From NCBI GenBank assembly GCA_949741915.1, contig CATJOM010000054.1:50100-114099 (forward strand): a DNA stretch of 64,000 nt, read 5' to 3'. The notes under the pieces were generated by a model, which saw only the letters and a list, made by a program, of their open reading frames with translations, had not been told where the DNA came from and made no database searches. This DNA comes from an uncultured Candidatus Melainabacteria bacterium. GTDB taxonomy: Bacteria > Cyanobacteriota > Vampirovibrionia > Gastranaerophilales > Gastranaerophilaceae. A program made the translations under genes and the position numbers. Shown here piece after piece: positions 27,972 through 37,058 of the stretch; positions within the stretch are counted from its first letter, which is position 1, and each line of letters starts with the position of its first letter.

Positions 27972-28214
27972 TTATTCATCCCAGTAATCGTCACAATCCC
28001 CTCCGCAAATTGCTTCTGCCATATGTCCTGTTTTGCGGTACTTTTCAAGGAAGCCTCCATCTTTTCTTGAGAATGTATCTTCTTCTGGTGCTCGCTCAAA
28101 ATTATATGATGCGCACTCGGGATTAAAATCAGTATAGTCTATTTTTGGTTCTCTATCTTTTGAATGCCCTTTAAAATTAATTGCCTTAAAGGCTGAAATT
28201 GGTGAAATTTGCAT
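27972..28214 (-). CDS. Small hypothetical protein (80 aa) with acidic Cys-containing C-terminus
   Basis: The internal ATG at 28214 (MQISPISAFKAINFKG...) has AAGAAGG about 11 nt upstream. The longer track start at 28268 has no RBS. The protein ends 'AICGGDCDDYWDE'. It lies downstream of folE2 on the same strand. Confidence 0.45.
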   Translation of the reverse strand: MQISPISAFKAINFKGHSKDREPKIDYTDFNPECASYNFERAPEEDTFSRKDGGFLEKYRKTGHMAEAICGGDCDDYWDE

Positions 28215-28300
28215 GCTCGTTAACCTTCTTTTGTCGCTATTATAAAATTGTGACCATATAAAACCCATAAAATAGATTTTTTGCTAATCAAGATGAACTG

Positions 28301-29104
28301 TTATAAAAAATTTTCTTTGCATGTTTTCTGATATGCCCATGCATTATGATTATGAATGCTTTCTTGGGCCTCAATTTCTACTTCAAAAAAGTTTACAATT
28401 TTGTTATTTTGCAGTCCTAAAACAATATCTCGCAAAACATCTTCGACAAACTTGGGGTTTTCATAGGCTTTTTCTGTTACTGCCTTTTCATCTTCCCTTT
28501 TTAGAAGAGAGTATACTTCACTGGAGCCCGTTTTTTCAATGCTTTTAATTAAGTCTTCAAGCCAGATATGCTTATCTTCAGGATATGAAATTTTTACCTT
28601 CACTATTGCTCTTTGATTATGTGCACCATAATCGGAAATTTCTTTTGAACACGGGCAAAGTGTGGTTATTGGAATCTTTGCGCCAAGATAAAATTTATAA
28701 TTATCTTCATCTAATATCCCCTCAAAATAGCAGTCATAGCACATTAAGGCTTCAAGGCCGCTTTTTGGTGCGCTTTTTTTAATAAAATATTTAAAATCAA
28801 ACTTTATATAGGCGTTCTTAGAATCAAGTCTTTCTCTGATGTCATACAGCATCTTTTTAATGTCAACGCCAACCAGGTTTTGTTTTCTGTAATCGTTTAA
28901 AATTTCAATAAAACGGCTCATATGCGTGCCTTTAAACTCTCTATTTAGGGAGACACTCATCTTAGCTTTGGCGTAAACCCTCTGGGAATCTGCATTTCCG
29001 CCGTGTAATTTTCTTTGTATAACAAGAGGAATTTCAACATCTTTTACACCCACTTTTTGGATGTCAATATTTCTTTTGTCTATCTGGTTTTGAACATCAT
29101 TCAT
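28301..29104 (-). CDS. folE2: GTP cyclohydrolase FolE2 (type IB)
   Basis: 'IQKVGVKDVEIPL', 'TTLCPCSKEISDYGAHNQR' (the CPCSKeIS..gAHNQR family signature). 267 aa. Confidence 0.85.
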   Translation of the reverse strand: MNDVQNQIDKRNIDIQKVGVKDVEIPLVIQRKLHGGNADSQRVYAKAKMSVSLNREFKGTHMSRFIEILNDYRKQNLVGVDIKKMLYDIRERLDSKNAYIKFDFKYFIKKSAPKSGLEALMCYDCYFEGILDEDNYKFYLGAKIPITTLCPCSKEISDYGAHNQRAIVKVKISYPEDKHIWLEDLIKSIEKTGSSEVYSLLKREDEKAVTEKAYENPKFVEDVLRDIVLGLQNNKIVNFFEVEIEAQESIHNHNAWAYQKTCKENFL

Positions 29105-29105
29105 A

Positions 29106-29429
29106 TTAAAAATTTTTTTCTTCTAATGCCAACAAAAGCTTGAGTGCTGCCTTTCTCTGTGTTTTAGGATCGGCATTTCTTAATAATTCTATGGCCTTAA
29201 TCATAACAGGATCATCATCATACCAGCGGTTTCCCTTGCCCTGGTATTGTGTAATTATTTCATAAATATGTTCAATTACTTCCCCTGCAACCTGCTCCTG
29301 TAATTGTAAAATAAAGTCTTTAGCATGTTCTTTTTCATCTGGGGTGGATAATCTTAAAAGTTCAAGCGCTTCTTTGAGAATTGGGTCTTTGTCATACCAG
29401 CGTTTGTTATCTGCTTTATTGTCTTCCAT
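29106..29429 (-). CDS. Hypothetical protein with duplicated 'RWYD-x-DP...ELLR' motif
   Basis: 107 aa. 'RWYDKDPILKEALELLRLSTPDEK' and 'RWYDDDPVMIKAIELLRNADPKTQ' form an internal duplication. Its stop is 1 nt from the folE2 start. Confidence 0.5.
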   Translation of the reverse strand: MEDNKADNKRWYDKDPILKEALELLRLSTPDEKEHAKDFILQLQEQVAGEVIEHIYEIITQYQGKGNRWYDDDPVMIKAIELLRNADPKTQRKAALKLLLALEEKNF

Positions 29430-29551
29430 TTATTAATTCCTCTGTGTCATAAAAAGTATATCATAAAATTTCATTAATCAAATTTTAAGATGAATTAGTG
29501 TTATTATAATGCCTGGCCGAAAAATAATGTCCGTCTTAAAGCTTTGCTGTG

Positions 29552-30196
29552 CTATTGCAATAAGAGCTTTTTTAGCCAAAGAAGCATATCTCTGAGTGCT
29601 TTTCCCCTGTGTGAATGAAGGTTTTTTTCATCTTCTGTCAATTCAGCCATCGTTTTTTGAATTTTATCCAAAACAAAGACAGGGTCATATCCAAAGCCGC
29701 CCAATCCTTTTTTCTCATACGAAATTTTACCGCCACAGATGCCTTTTGTGGTATGAAGCATTTCACCCTCGTTATTTAAAAGTGCAAGATGACATTCAAA
29801 ATGTGCAGTCCTGTTTTTTGCACTCTTCATCGCACCTAAGAGTTTTTCAATCCTATGTTCGGTTGTATCAGCATATCTTGCTGATTTTAGACCTGGTGCC
29901 CCATTAAGAAAATCCACACAAAGGCCGGAATCGTCTGCCAGAAAAAAAATTGGTGCTTCGCATTCATCGTTTATGCTGCCATAAATGCCATCTTTGGCAT
30001 ATTGTTTTAAAAAGTTAGAATGTGCCTTATATGCCGCCCATGCCTTTATATAAGCATTTTCTTCAAATGTTTTTCCATCCTCAATGGGGTTAAAATTTCC
30101 TTTAACCATTTCAAATTCAACACCAAAAGGTTTTGATATCATATTCATCTCATAAACCTTATGTTCATTTTGTGTGCCAAGGATAATTTTTAGCAT
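29552..30196 (-). CDS. rdgB: Non-canonical purine NTP pyrophosphatase (RdgB/HAM1)
   Basis: 'KIILGTQNEHKVYEM', 'GFGYDPVF', 'SHRGKAL'. Start moved to the ATG at 30196 (MLKIILG...). Confidence 0.85.
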   Translation of the reverse strand: MLKIILGTQNEHKVYEMNMISKPFGVEFEMVKGNFNPIEDGKTFEENAYIKAWAAYKAHSNFLKQYAKDGIYGSINDECEAPIFFLADDSGLCVDFLNGAPGLKSARYADTTEHRIEKLLGAMKSAKNRTAHFECHLALLNNEGEMLHTTKGICGGKISYEKKGLGGFGYDPVFVLDKIQKTMAELTEDEKNLHSHRGKALRDMLLWLKKLLLQ

Positions 30197-30203
30197 TTTA
30201 TTT

Positions 30204-30947
30204 TTACCCACCATATCTTCTCTGTCTTTTGCCAAACTCCTCAATTGATTTGGCTAACTCATCTTCGTTAAATTCTGGCCAGTATTTTTTTGTAATATAG
30301 ATTTCAGAATAGGCTATCTGCCAGAGCAAATAATTACTCACCCTCATCTCTCCCCCTGTTCTTATTAATAAATCAGGGTCAGGAATATTTTTTGTGTAAA
30401 GATAGTTTTTGAGAATATCCTCATTGATTTCATCTGCTGTAATCTTTGTGTCTGCGAAATCTTTAATAAGATTTTTTACAGCATGAACAAGCTCGTCTCT
30501 TGCGCCGTAATTTATTGCTATTTGAAGGTTTACACCCGTATTGTTTTTAGTTGTATCTTCTGCATCTTTAAGTGTTTCTTGCAGATGAGTGTTTAGCCCC
30601 TTAATGTCGCCTATGAATCTTAATTTTACATCATTGTTGTGTAGTTCGTTTAATTCATTCTTTATAGTGTTTGCAAGTAGTCCCATTAAAAAATCAACCT
30701 CTTCCTGATTCCTGTTCCAGTTTTCGGTTGAAAAAGCATAAAGTGTTAGATACTTTACTCCGAATTTATGAGCACCTTTTACAACATTTTTAAGGGAATC
30801 TACACCTTTTTTGTGTCCCATAGCACTTGGCAGACAATGTTCTTTTGCCCATCGTCTATTGCCATCCATTATTATCGCAATGTGTTTTAAATCTGTTTTC
30901 TGAACAATATTTTTTATTGTCTCTATATTTTCATCTATCGCTATCAA
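30204..30947 (-). CDS. uppS: Isoprenyl transferase (undecaprenyl-diphosphate synthase)
   Basis: 'HIAIIMDGNRRWAKE', 'LTLYAFSTENWNR', 'LLIRTGGEMRVSNYLLWQIAYSE'. TTG start. Confidence 0.92.
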   Translation of the reverse strand: MIAIDENIETIKNIVQKTDLKHIAIIMDGNRRWAKEHCLPSAMGHKKGVDSLKNVVKGAHKFGVKYLTLYAFSTENWNRNQEEVDFLMGLLANTIKNELNELHNNDVKLRFIGDIKGLNTHLQETLKDAEDTTKNNTGVNLQIAINYGARDELVHAVKNLIKDFADTKITADEINEDILKNYLYTKNIPDPDLLIRTGGEMRVSNYLLWQIAYSEIYITKKYWPEFNEDELAKSIEEFGKRQRRYGG

Positions 30948-31050
30948 AATCTCATCCCGCTATTTACATCCTAATAAATTATAAATTAAATAAATAATTT
31001 AACAATATTTCTCCTTTATGCTAGAATGTATTGTATTTTGGAGCATTCAA

Positions 31051-31545
31051 ATGATAGAAATCCTTATACTTTACATCCTAACAAAATATGATTGCACAAT
31101 TTATAAAATCAAAAAACTTATTGAAGAAAAGTTTTTTATGTATTCGATGCCAAGTCTCGGTGCTGTGAATCCGGCCCTAAAAAAACTTGAAAGCCTATCA
31201 TGTGTAGAGTTTGAATCCAAGATGTCTGGTGGTGGAATGCTTTCTAAAACATATAAAATTACATCATTTGGGCAAAAATATCTTCAAAGCACAATCGCAT
31301 CATTTGAATTTAAAAATAAATCAAATATTATATGCCATGCCTCGATTTTAATCTGCGTTTCAGATGTTTTAGAGGATGATGGTAAAATCAGCCTGTATAA
31401 AAATTGTTTAAATAATCTTTTGATATTAAAGGCTGACATTATTTCTGCCCTTCAAAATCCTTATAATATGTTTACAAAAATTCAAGAAAACACAATAAAG
31501 ACAAACGTAGCTCTTATTGATGAAATGGTGAAAATACTGAAATGA
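31051..31545 (+). CDS. PadR-like winged-helix transcriptional regulator
   Basis: 'ILILYILTKYDCTIYKIKKLIEEKF...SLGAVNPALKKLE' is a PadR-type N-terminal pattern. The ATG at 31051 has GGAG 7 nt upstream. Confidence 0.55.
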   Translation: MIEILILYILTKYDCTIYKIKKLIEEKFFMYSMPSLGAVNPALKKLESLSCVEFESKMSGGGMLSKTYKITSFGQKYLQSTIASFEFKNKSNIICHASILICVSDVLEDDGKISLYKNCLNNLLILKADIISALQNPYNMFTKIQENTIKTNVALIDEMVKILK

Positions 31546-32891
31546 AAAGCTCCATTGCAAAAGGTATGATTATATCAGAGGTGAGACCTGATTCTATAGC
31601 TGACGAATTAGGCCTTAAAAAAGGCGATGCCATACTTTCTGTTAATGGTGTTGCGCCAAAGGATATAATTGAACTAAGTTTCATTGTTCAAGATGAAAAT
31701 ATTAATCTTGCTGTAAAGAAAGCGCCGCAAATACAAGAAGATGGCGCTGTTCTTCCTGGCGCAATGGAGCTTTTTGAGATAGAAAAAGATGAACATGAGG
31801 ATTTAGGGATAGAGTTTGAGTGTGCCGTCTTTGACGGTATTAAACCATGCTCGAACAAATGCATATTTTGTTTTGTAGACCAGCAGCCAAAGGGTCTAAG
31901 AGAAAGCCTGTATGTAAAGGATGACGACTGGCGCACATCCTATCTGCAGGGAACATATATAACAGGCACGAATCTGAAAGAGGAGGATTGGCAGAGGATT
32001 GAGGCCTTGAGACTTTCGCCTTTGTATGTTTCAATTCACACGACAAACCCTGATTTGAGGGTCAAAATGCTTAATAACAAGAGAGCTTCAGAAGTTTTAC
32101 CAATGCTTGATAGGTTCAAAAAGGCTAATATAGAAATCCATGGGCAAATTGTCCTTTGCCCTGGCATAAATGATGGTAAGGAGCTTGAGAGAACTCTCTC
32201 TGATTTGAAAAGATACAAGAGAATTTTAAAATCCCTTGCTATTGTGCCAGTGGGCATCAGTAAATACAGAGAAGGTAGTATGTTAAGGCCTTTAGTGAAA
32301 GAAAATGCAAAGATCATTATAGATTTGTTGGATGAGTTCAATATATATCAAAAAAGGCATATAGCTATGGCTTCTGACGAAATATTTTTAACAGCAGAAA
32401 AGGATATTCCAGACAAAAAATATTACGGAAATTTTGTTCAAATTGAAGATGGAGTAGGTGCAATCAGACTTCTTCTGGATGATTTTAACCGCCATAAAAA
32501 ACGTTTCAAAAAAAAACTTAAGCAAAAAAAGAAGGTGACCCTATTTACAGGTGCTATAGCGGCAAAAATATTTAATGATTTTAAAAGAGAAATTAATATA
32601 GAAAATCTTGATTTTGAAGTAATTGAGGTAAAGAATCAATTTTTCGGAGAAACAATAAATGTTGCAGGACTTGTTGTTGGGTATGATATTTTAAAATCCA
32701 TCCAAGATAAATATTTTGAACATATTGTCATTCCTTCTGTTATGTTAAGAAGTGGTACAGATGAATTCCTTGACGGCATCACAATAGCTGATATCAAAAA
32801 GGAGGCAAAAAAACAAAATCCAAATGTCGAAATGCACATAATTAAGGATTGTTACAATTTTAATGAAATCTTTACAATTTTAAATAATTAA
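31542..32891 (+). CDS. PDZ plus radical-SAM-like DUF512 protein
   Basis: N-terminal PDZ-like 'SIADELGLKKGDAILSVNG'. Cys motif 'CSNKCIFCFVDQ', then 'DDDWRTSYLQGTYITGTNL'. Its start overlaps the PadR stop (ATGA). Confidence 0.7.
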   Translation: MKSSIAKGMIISEVRPDSIADELGLKKGDAILSVNGVAPKDIIELSFIVQDENINLAVKKAPQIQEDGAVLPGAMELFEIEKDEHEDLGIEFECAVFDGIKPCSNKCIFCFVDQQPKGLRESLYVKDDDWRTSYLQGTYITGTNLKEEDWQRIEALRLSPLYVSIHTTNPDLRVKMLNNKRASEVLPMLDRFKKANIEIHGQIVLCPGINDGKELERTLSDLKRYKRILKSLAIVPVGISKYREGSMLRPLVKENAKIIIDLLDEFNIYQKRHIAMASDEIFLTAEKDIPDKKYYGNFVQIEDGVGAIRLLLDDFNRHKKRFKKKLKQKKKVTLFTGAIAAKIFNDFKREINIENLDFEVIEVKNQFFGETINVAGLVVGYDILKSIQDKYFEHIVIPSVMLRSGTDEFLDGITIADIKKEAKKQNPNVEMHIIKDCYNFNEIFTILNN

Positions 32892-33015
32892 AAATTTATT
32901 ATATGCATTCAAGAGTCTTAATGTGCAAGTATATAAAAAAGAAATAGCCTAGAATTTGATATAAGCTACTTAAAATTTTATTTAAATTTGTAAAATTATC
33001 GTGTATAATGGCGAT

Positions 33016-34395
33016 ATGTTTGATAGTTTATCAGAAAGACTACAGGAAATAATCCATAAAACCTCGTCAAACTCATCTTTGAATGAGGAAAATATGGCTG
33101 ATGCACTTAGGGAAATAAGGCGGGCGCTTCTTGCAAGCGATGTTTCTCTGACCGTTGTAAAATCTTTTATTTCCAAGATTAAAGAAAGAGCAGAAGGTGC
33201 AGATGTTTTAAGAAGCGTAAAACCCTCTGAAATGTTGATTAAAATTGTTTCTGATGAGCTAACCAATCTGCTTGGTGAAAAAAATAGCCCGTTAAAGCTT
33301 GATACTAATCCAAGTGTTATAATGATGCTTGGCCTGCAGGGAAGCGGTAAAACCACAAGCAGCGCAAAATTAGCCCTAAGATTAAAAAATGAGGGCAAAA
33401 AGCCCTTGCTTGTTGCAATGGATGTATACAGGCCTGCCGCAATAGCGCAGCTAAAGACTCTTGCTGATGATACCGGGGCTGATTTTTTCACGGTGGAAGG
33501 CTCAAAAGATGTGGCTGAAATTGCCAAAAAATCTTTTGAATTTGCAAAAACCAATAATAATACGGTTTTAATTTTTGATACCGCCGGCCGTCTTCAGATT
33601 GATACTGAAATGATGGCAGAACTTTTAATATTGGATAAACTTTATCCCATAAATGAAAAGTTGCTCGTAGTCGATTCAATGACAGGGCAGGAAGCTATAG
33701 ATATTGCTAAAAACTTTGATGAACAATTGAATATAACAGGCGTAATTCTAACAAAGCTTGATGGCGACACTAGAGGCGGCTGCGCCCTAAGTATTGTGTA
33801 TTCAACAGGCAAGCCCATTAAACTTATTGGAACAGGCGAAAAAATAAGCCCACTTGAAGATTTTCACCCTGACAGGATGGCAAACAGGATTCTTGGAATG
33901 GGCGACATTGTTAGTCTTGTTGAAAAAGCCCAAAATGCCTTCAATGAAAAGCAAACTAAGGAGTTTGAGCTTAATATCTTGAAAAATAAGTTTTCCTTTG
34001 AAGATTTTTTAAAGCTTCAAAAACAGATGAAAATGCTTGGCTCGCTTGAAAATATACTTGGCATGCTTCCCATACCAGGCTTAAATAAGGATGACAGGCA
34101 AAAAATCTCTCATGAGGGTGAAAAACATTTCAAGAAAATTGAGGTTATGATAAGTTCTATGACCAAGGAAGAACGCTCAAATCCTGATATATTAAATGCA
34201 AGCAGAAAAAAAAGAATTGCAAATGGAGCAGGTGTCGGCATAAATGAACTAAATGCCTTTATGACTCAATTTGAAGCAATGAGAAAACTTATGAAAGGTT
34301 TTGGGGAATTGAAAAGCAACCTAAAGGGCTCCAAAATGAAACAAAAAGCAAATTTAATGGCAAAGATGAAGCAAAAAGGAGGGTTTCCTTTTTAA
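33016..34395 (+). CDS. ffh: Signal recognition particle protein Ffh
   Basis: 'MFDSLSERLQ', 'GLQGSGKTTSSAKLA', 'DTAGRLQID', 'LTKLDGDTRGG', and a Met-rich M domain. Confidence 0.95.
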   Translation: MFDSLSERLQEIIHKTSSNSSLNEENMADALREIRRALLASDVSLTVVKSFISKIKERAEGADVLRSVKPSEMLIKIVSDELTNLLGEKNSPLKLDTNPSVIMMLGLQGSGKTTSSAKLALRLKNEGKKPLLVAMDVYRPAAIAQLKTLADDTGADFFTVEGSKDVAEIAKKSFEFAKTNNNTVLIFDTAGRLQIDTEMMAELLILDKLYPINEKLLVVDSMTGQEAIDIAKNFDEQLNITGVILTKLDGDTRGGCALSIVYSTGKPIKLIGTGEKISPLEDFHPDRMANRILGMGDIVSLVEKAQNAFNEKQTKEFELNILKNKFSFEDFLKLQKQMKMLGSLENILGMLPIPGLNKDDRQKISHEGEKHFKKIEVMISSMTKEERSNPDILNASRKKRIANGAGVGINELNAFMTQFEAMRKLMKGFGELKSNLKGSKMKQKANLMAKMKQKGGFPF

Positions 34396-34397
34396 TA

Positions 34398-34883
34398 ATG
34401 AGTACAAATTTTTTTAAAAGGTCTTTAAAAAAAATGAAAATAAGTCAAAAAAGAAGACGCACAGGTTTTATAACCCTGAGACGGTTTATGTTTGTATTGG
34501 GTTTGCTTGTATTGTTGTTGCTTGTGGGTTTTTTTCATATTTCCGGTTTTGATATCAATATGGAATGCGATAAGGCAAAAAACTTATGCATAATCTCTAA
34601 AAAAAATATATTTGAGCCAAATCCTATACCATTAAGACGTTTTGATATTTCGAGCATTGTAGATATTTCTGTGGCCACAAGAAATGCAGAAGATGGCAAA
34701 ATGATTTATGATATCTTGCTTAATTGTGGTCCTTATAAAGGCAAAGTTTTTATTGATTATGGATTTAATACAAAAATAAAGGCAAATACCGTCCAGATGA
34801 AGTTGGTAAAATTTATAAACACTCCTGCAAAAACACTTAATATTACAAAACATTGTTACTTTAATAATTATTTTTGTTTTTAA
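34398..34883 (+). CDS. Hypothetical membrane-anchored protein
   Basis: 161 aa. Basic N-terminus, then TM 'FMFVLGLLVLLLLVGFF'. It lies between ffh and rpsP. No recognisable domain. Confidence 0.45.
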   Translation: MSTNFFKRSLKKMKISQKRRRTGFITLRRFMFVLGLLVLLLLVGFFHISGFDINMECDKAKNLCIISKKNIFEPNPIPLRRFDISSIVDISVATRNAEDGKMIYDILLNCGPYKGKVFIDYGFNTKIKANTVQMKLVKFINTPAKTLNITKHCYFNNYFCF

Positions 34884-34972
34884 TGTTGTTTAAATGCTTG
34901 ATTTTAAAATATCTTTGTGGTTTTATGATTATAAGTAGATAGTAATAACAAATAACAGAAAGACGAACAAAC

Positions 34973-35368
34973 GTGGTTAAGATTAGACTGAAAAGATTAG
35001 GTTATAAGAAAAATCCCTCATACAGAATAATTGTGATTGATTCTCGTTGCAAAAGAGAAGGTGCTCCTATAGAAGAGCTCGGATATTATAATCCAAAAAC
35101 TAAAGAAATGAAATTAAATAAAGCAAATGCTGAAAGCTGGGTAAAAAAAGGCGCTCAGGTTTCCGATACGGTTGCATACTTAATAAAGAACTGTGATGAA
35201 AATGGTAATCTTGTTTATAATAAGAAAACTGAACAAAAATTATCAAAGAAGGCCCAGGCTAAATTAGAAGCACAAAAAGAACAAGAAGCCGCCCAACAGG
35301 CTGCGGCAGCGGAAGCTGCGGCAGCAGAAAATAGTGTTGAAAATGGGGCTAAAGAAGAACAAGCTTAG
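34973..35368 (+). CDS. rpsP: 30S ribosomal protein S16 with A/E/Q-rich C-terminal extension
   Basis: 'MVKIRLKRLGYKKNPSYRIIVIDSRCKREGAPIEELGYYNP' is the S16 signature. GTG start. 131 aa, with a tail 'EAQKEQEAAQQAAAAEAAAAEN'. Confidence 0.9.
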   Translation: MVKIRLKRLGYKKNPSYRIIVIDSRCKREGAPIEELGYYNPKTKEMKLNKANAESWVKKGAQVSDTVAYLIKNCDENGNLVYNKKTEQKLSKKAQAKLEAQKEQEAAQQAAAAEAAAAENSVENGAKEEQA

Positions 35369-35387
35369 ATTTAAAAAGAACACTTTA

Positions 35388-35418
35388 TGAGCCTCAGTCA
35401 AATGAGGCTCATTTTTTT
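35388..35418 (+). terminator. Intrinsic terminator after rpsP
   Basis: Stem TGAGCCTCA/TGAGGCTCA (9 bp), 6-nt loop, T7 tail. Confidence 0.8.
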
Positions 35419-35452
35419 ATATTGACTCGAAATTAAGAATAAGGAGATAAAA

Positions 35453-36643
35453 ATGGAAACTACCGTCTATACTGTTAAGCCATCAAAGAGAATTTTAAAT
35501 TTGCCAAAATACATTTTTGCCGAACTAGACGAGTGGAAAGAAGAGGCAAAAAATAGGGGTATGGAGCTTATTGATTTAGGTATAGGCAATCCGGATGGTG
35601 CCACTCCTGAGCCTATTGTTAAAGCTGCTCTTGAGTCTATTCAAAAGCCTGAAAGTCATGGTTACCCCAGTTTTCGTGGTAAAAAAGAATTCCGGGAACA
35701 AATTTCAGTATGGATGAAAAAAAGATATGATGTAGATATTGACCCTAAAACGGAAATTCAAACCCTGATAGGTGCAAAGGAGGGGCTTGCAAATATTGCA
35801 ATGGCTTTTACAGACCCCGGCGATATAAACATAGTGCCAGATCCATATTACCCTGTTTTATCTAGAGGTACCTGGGTTGCAGGTGGCGAAGTTTATCATG
35901 TGCCATTAACGGATGAAAATGATTATTTGCCTGATTTGGATTCTATTCCGTCTGATGTTGCAAAAAGAGCAAAAATGTTCATTATAAATTATCCCAATAA
36001 CCCTACTGGTGCCACTGCTCCTGTTGAATTTCTTGAAAAAATTGTAGACTTTTGCAGAAAATATGAAATTTTGCTTGTTTCTGATATGGCATACGGTGAG
36101 GTATGCTATGACAATTACCGTCCCACAAGTATATTTAAAATCAGGGGTGCAAAAGAAATTGCTGTAGAATTTCATAGTTTTTCTAAGACTTTCAATATGG
36201 CAGGCTGGAGAGCTGGTTTTGTGTGTGGTAAAAAAGAATTTATTGATATTATTTATGCTATGAAGTCAAATCTTGATTATGGTACATCAACAATTGTTCA
36301 AGATGCTTGTATAGCGGCTTTAAATGTTGATTATAAATATGTTCAGGCAATAATGGATAAATACAATTCAAGGCGTGAAATTACAGCAAAAGGATTTAAC
36401 AAACTTGGCTGGACTATGAAAAGAAGCTCTGCTACTATGTATTTTTGGTTGAAAATACCAAAGGGTTATACCTCAAAGCAATGGTGCAAAATGGTTCTAG
36501 ATAAGACTGGCGTGGTATTCACACCTGGCATTGCTTTCGGTGACTATAGTGATGATCATTTTAGGGTATCAATTGTGCAGCCAACGGAAAAGCTAAAAGA
36601 AGCTTTTAGGCGCCTGGAAGATGCTGGCATAAGATATGAATGA
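35453..36643 (+). CDS. Class I/II PLP-dependent aminotransferase (LL-diaminopimelate/aspartate aminotransferase-like)
   Basis: 'LPKYIFAELDEWKEEAKNRGMELIDLGIGNPDG', 'NYPNNPTG', 'SFSKTFNMAGWRAG' (PLP lysine motif). Confidence 0.8.
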   Translation: METTVYTVKPSKRILNLPKYIFAELDEWKEEAKNRGMELIDLGIGNPDGATPEPIVKAALESIQKPESHGYPSFRGKKEFREQISVWMKKRYDVDIDPKTEIQTLIGAKEGLANIAMAFTDPGDINIVPDPYYPVLSRGTWVAGGEVYHVPLTDENDYLPDLDSIPSDVAKRAKMFIINYPNNPTGATAPVEFLEKIVDFCRKYEILLVSDMAYGEVCYDNYRPTSIFKIRGAKEIAVEFHSFSKTFNMAGWRAGFVCGKKEFIDIIYAMKSNLDYGTSTIVQDACIAALNVDYKYVQAIMDKYNSRREITAKGFNKLGWTMKRSSATMYFWLKIPKGYTSKQWCKMVLDKTGVVFTPGIAFGDYSDDHFRVSIVQPTEKLKEAFRRLEDAGIRYE

Positions 36644-36764
36644 TATAAAATTAAAGTTTTGTGGAATTGTACTAATGATAATGATGTAAAAAAAATGTAA
36701 AATATTTACTTATGCTGAAAAATATAGTAATATTTTAATTATCTATTGAACGAGGTTACTCTTT

Positions 36765-37040
36765 ATGAAGTTAGATAAAAAGCTTACAAACAAGAAATCC
36801 AAAGCACAAAGTTTGATTGAATACGCCTTAATACTTGCTATGGTTACTGTTATCGCTGTAACTGCATTGCAATTATTGGGACAGAATATGTCAAATACAT
36901 TGAAAAAATCTGCTGAGACTATTAATACTGGCGCAGATGATGTTCAAAGAAAAGCTTGCGTGTCACTTGGCGGAAATTGGACTGAGGGTACAGAAGATAC
37001 TCCGGGAAGCTGCAGTATCGGCGATGAGAGCGGAAGCTAG
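36765..37040 (+). CDS. Flp/Fap-type (type IVb) pilin-like protein with extended Cys-containing C-terminus
   Basis: 'KAQSLIEYALILAMVTVIAVTALQLLG' matches the Flp 'xxxIEYxLI + hydrophobic helix' pattern. 91 aa instead of the usual 50 to 60 or so. Confidence 0.5.
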   Translation: MKLDKKLTNKKSKAQSLIEYALILAMVTVIAVTALQLLGQNMSNTLKKSAETINTGADDVQRKACVSLGGNWTEGTEDTPGSCSIGDESGS

Positions 37041-37058
37041 TTAAACAAAAAAATATCT

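Noticed and set aside
32982-33554. 190-aa minus-strand ORF overlapping the 5' part of ffh
   Set aside because: It is antisense to ffh, has low-complexity S/L/A-rich composition and no RBS. Treated as a shadow ORF.
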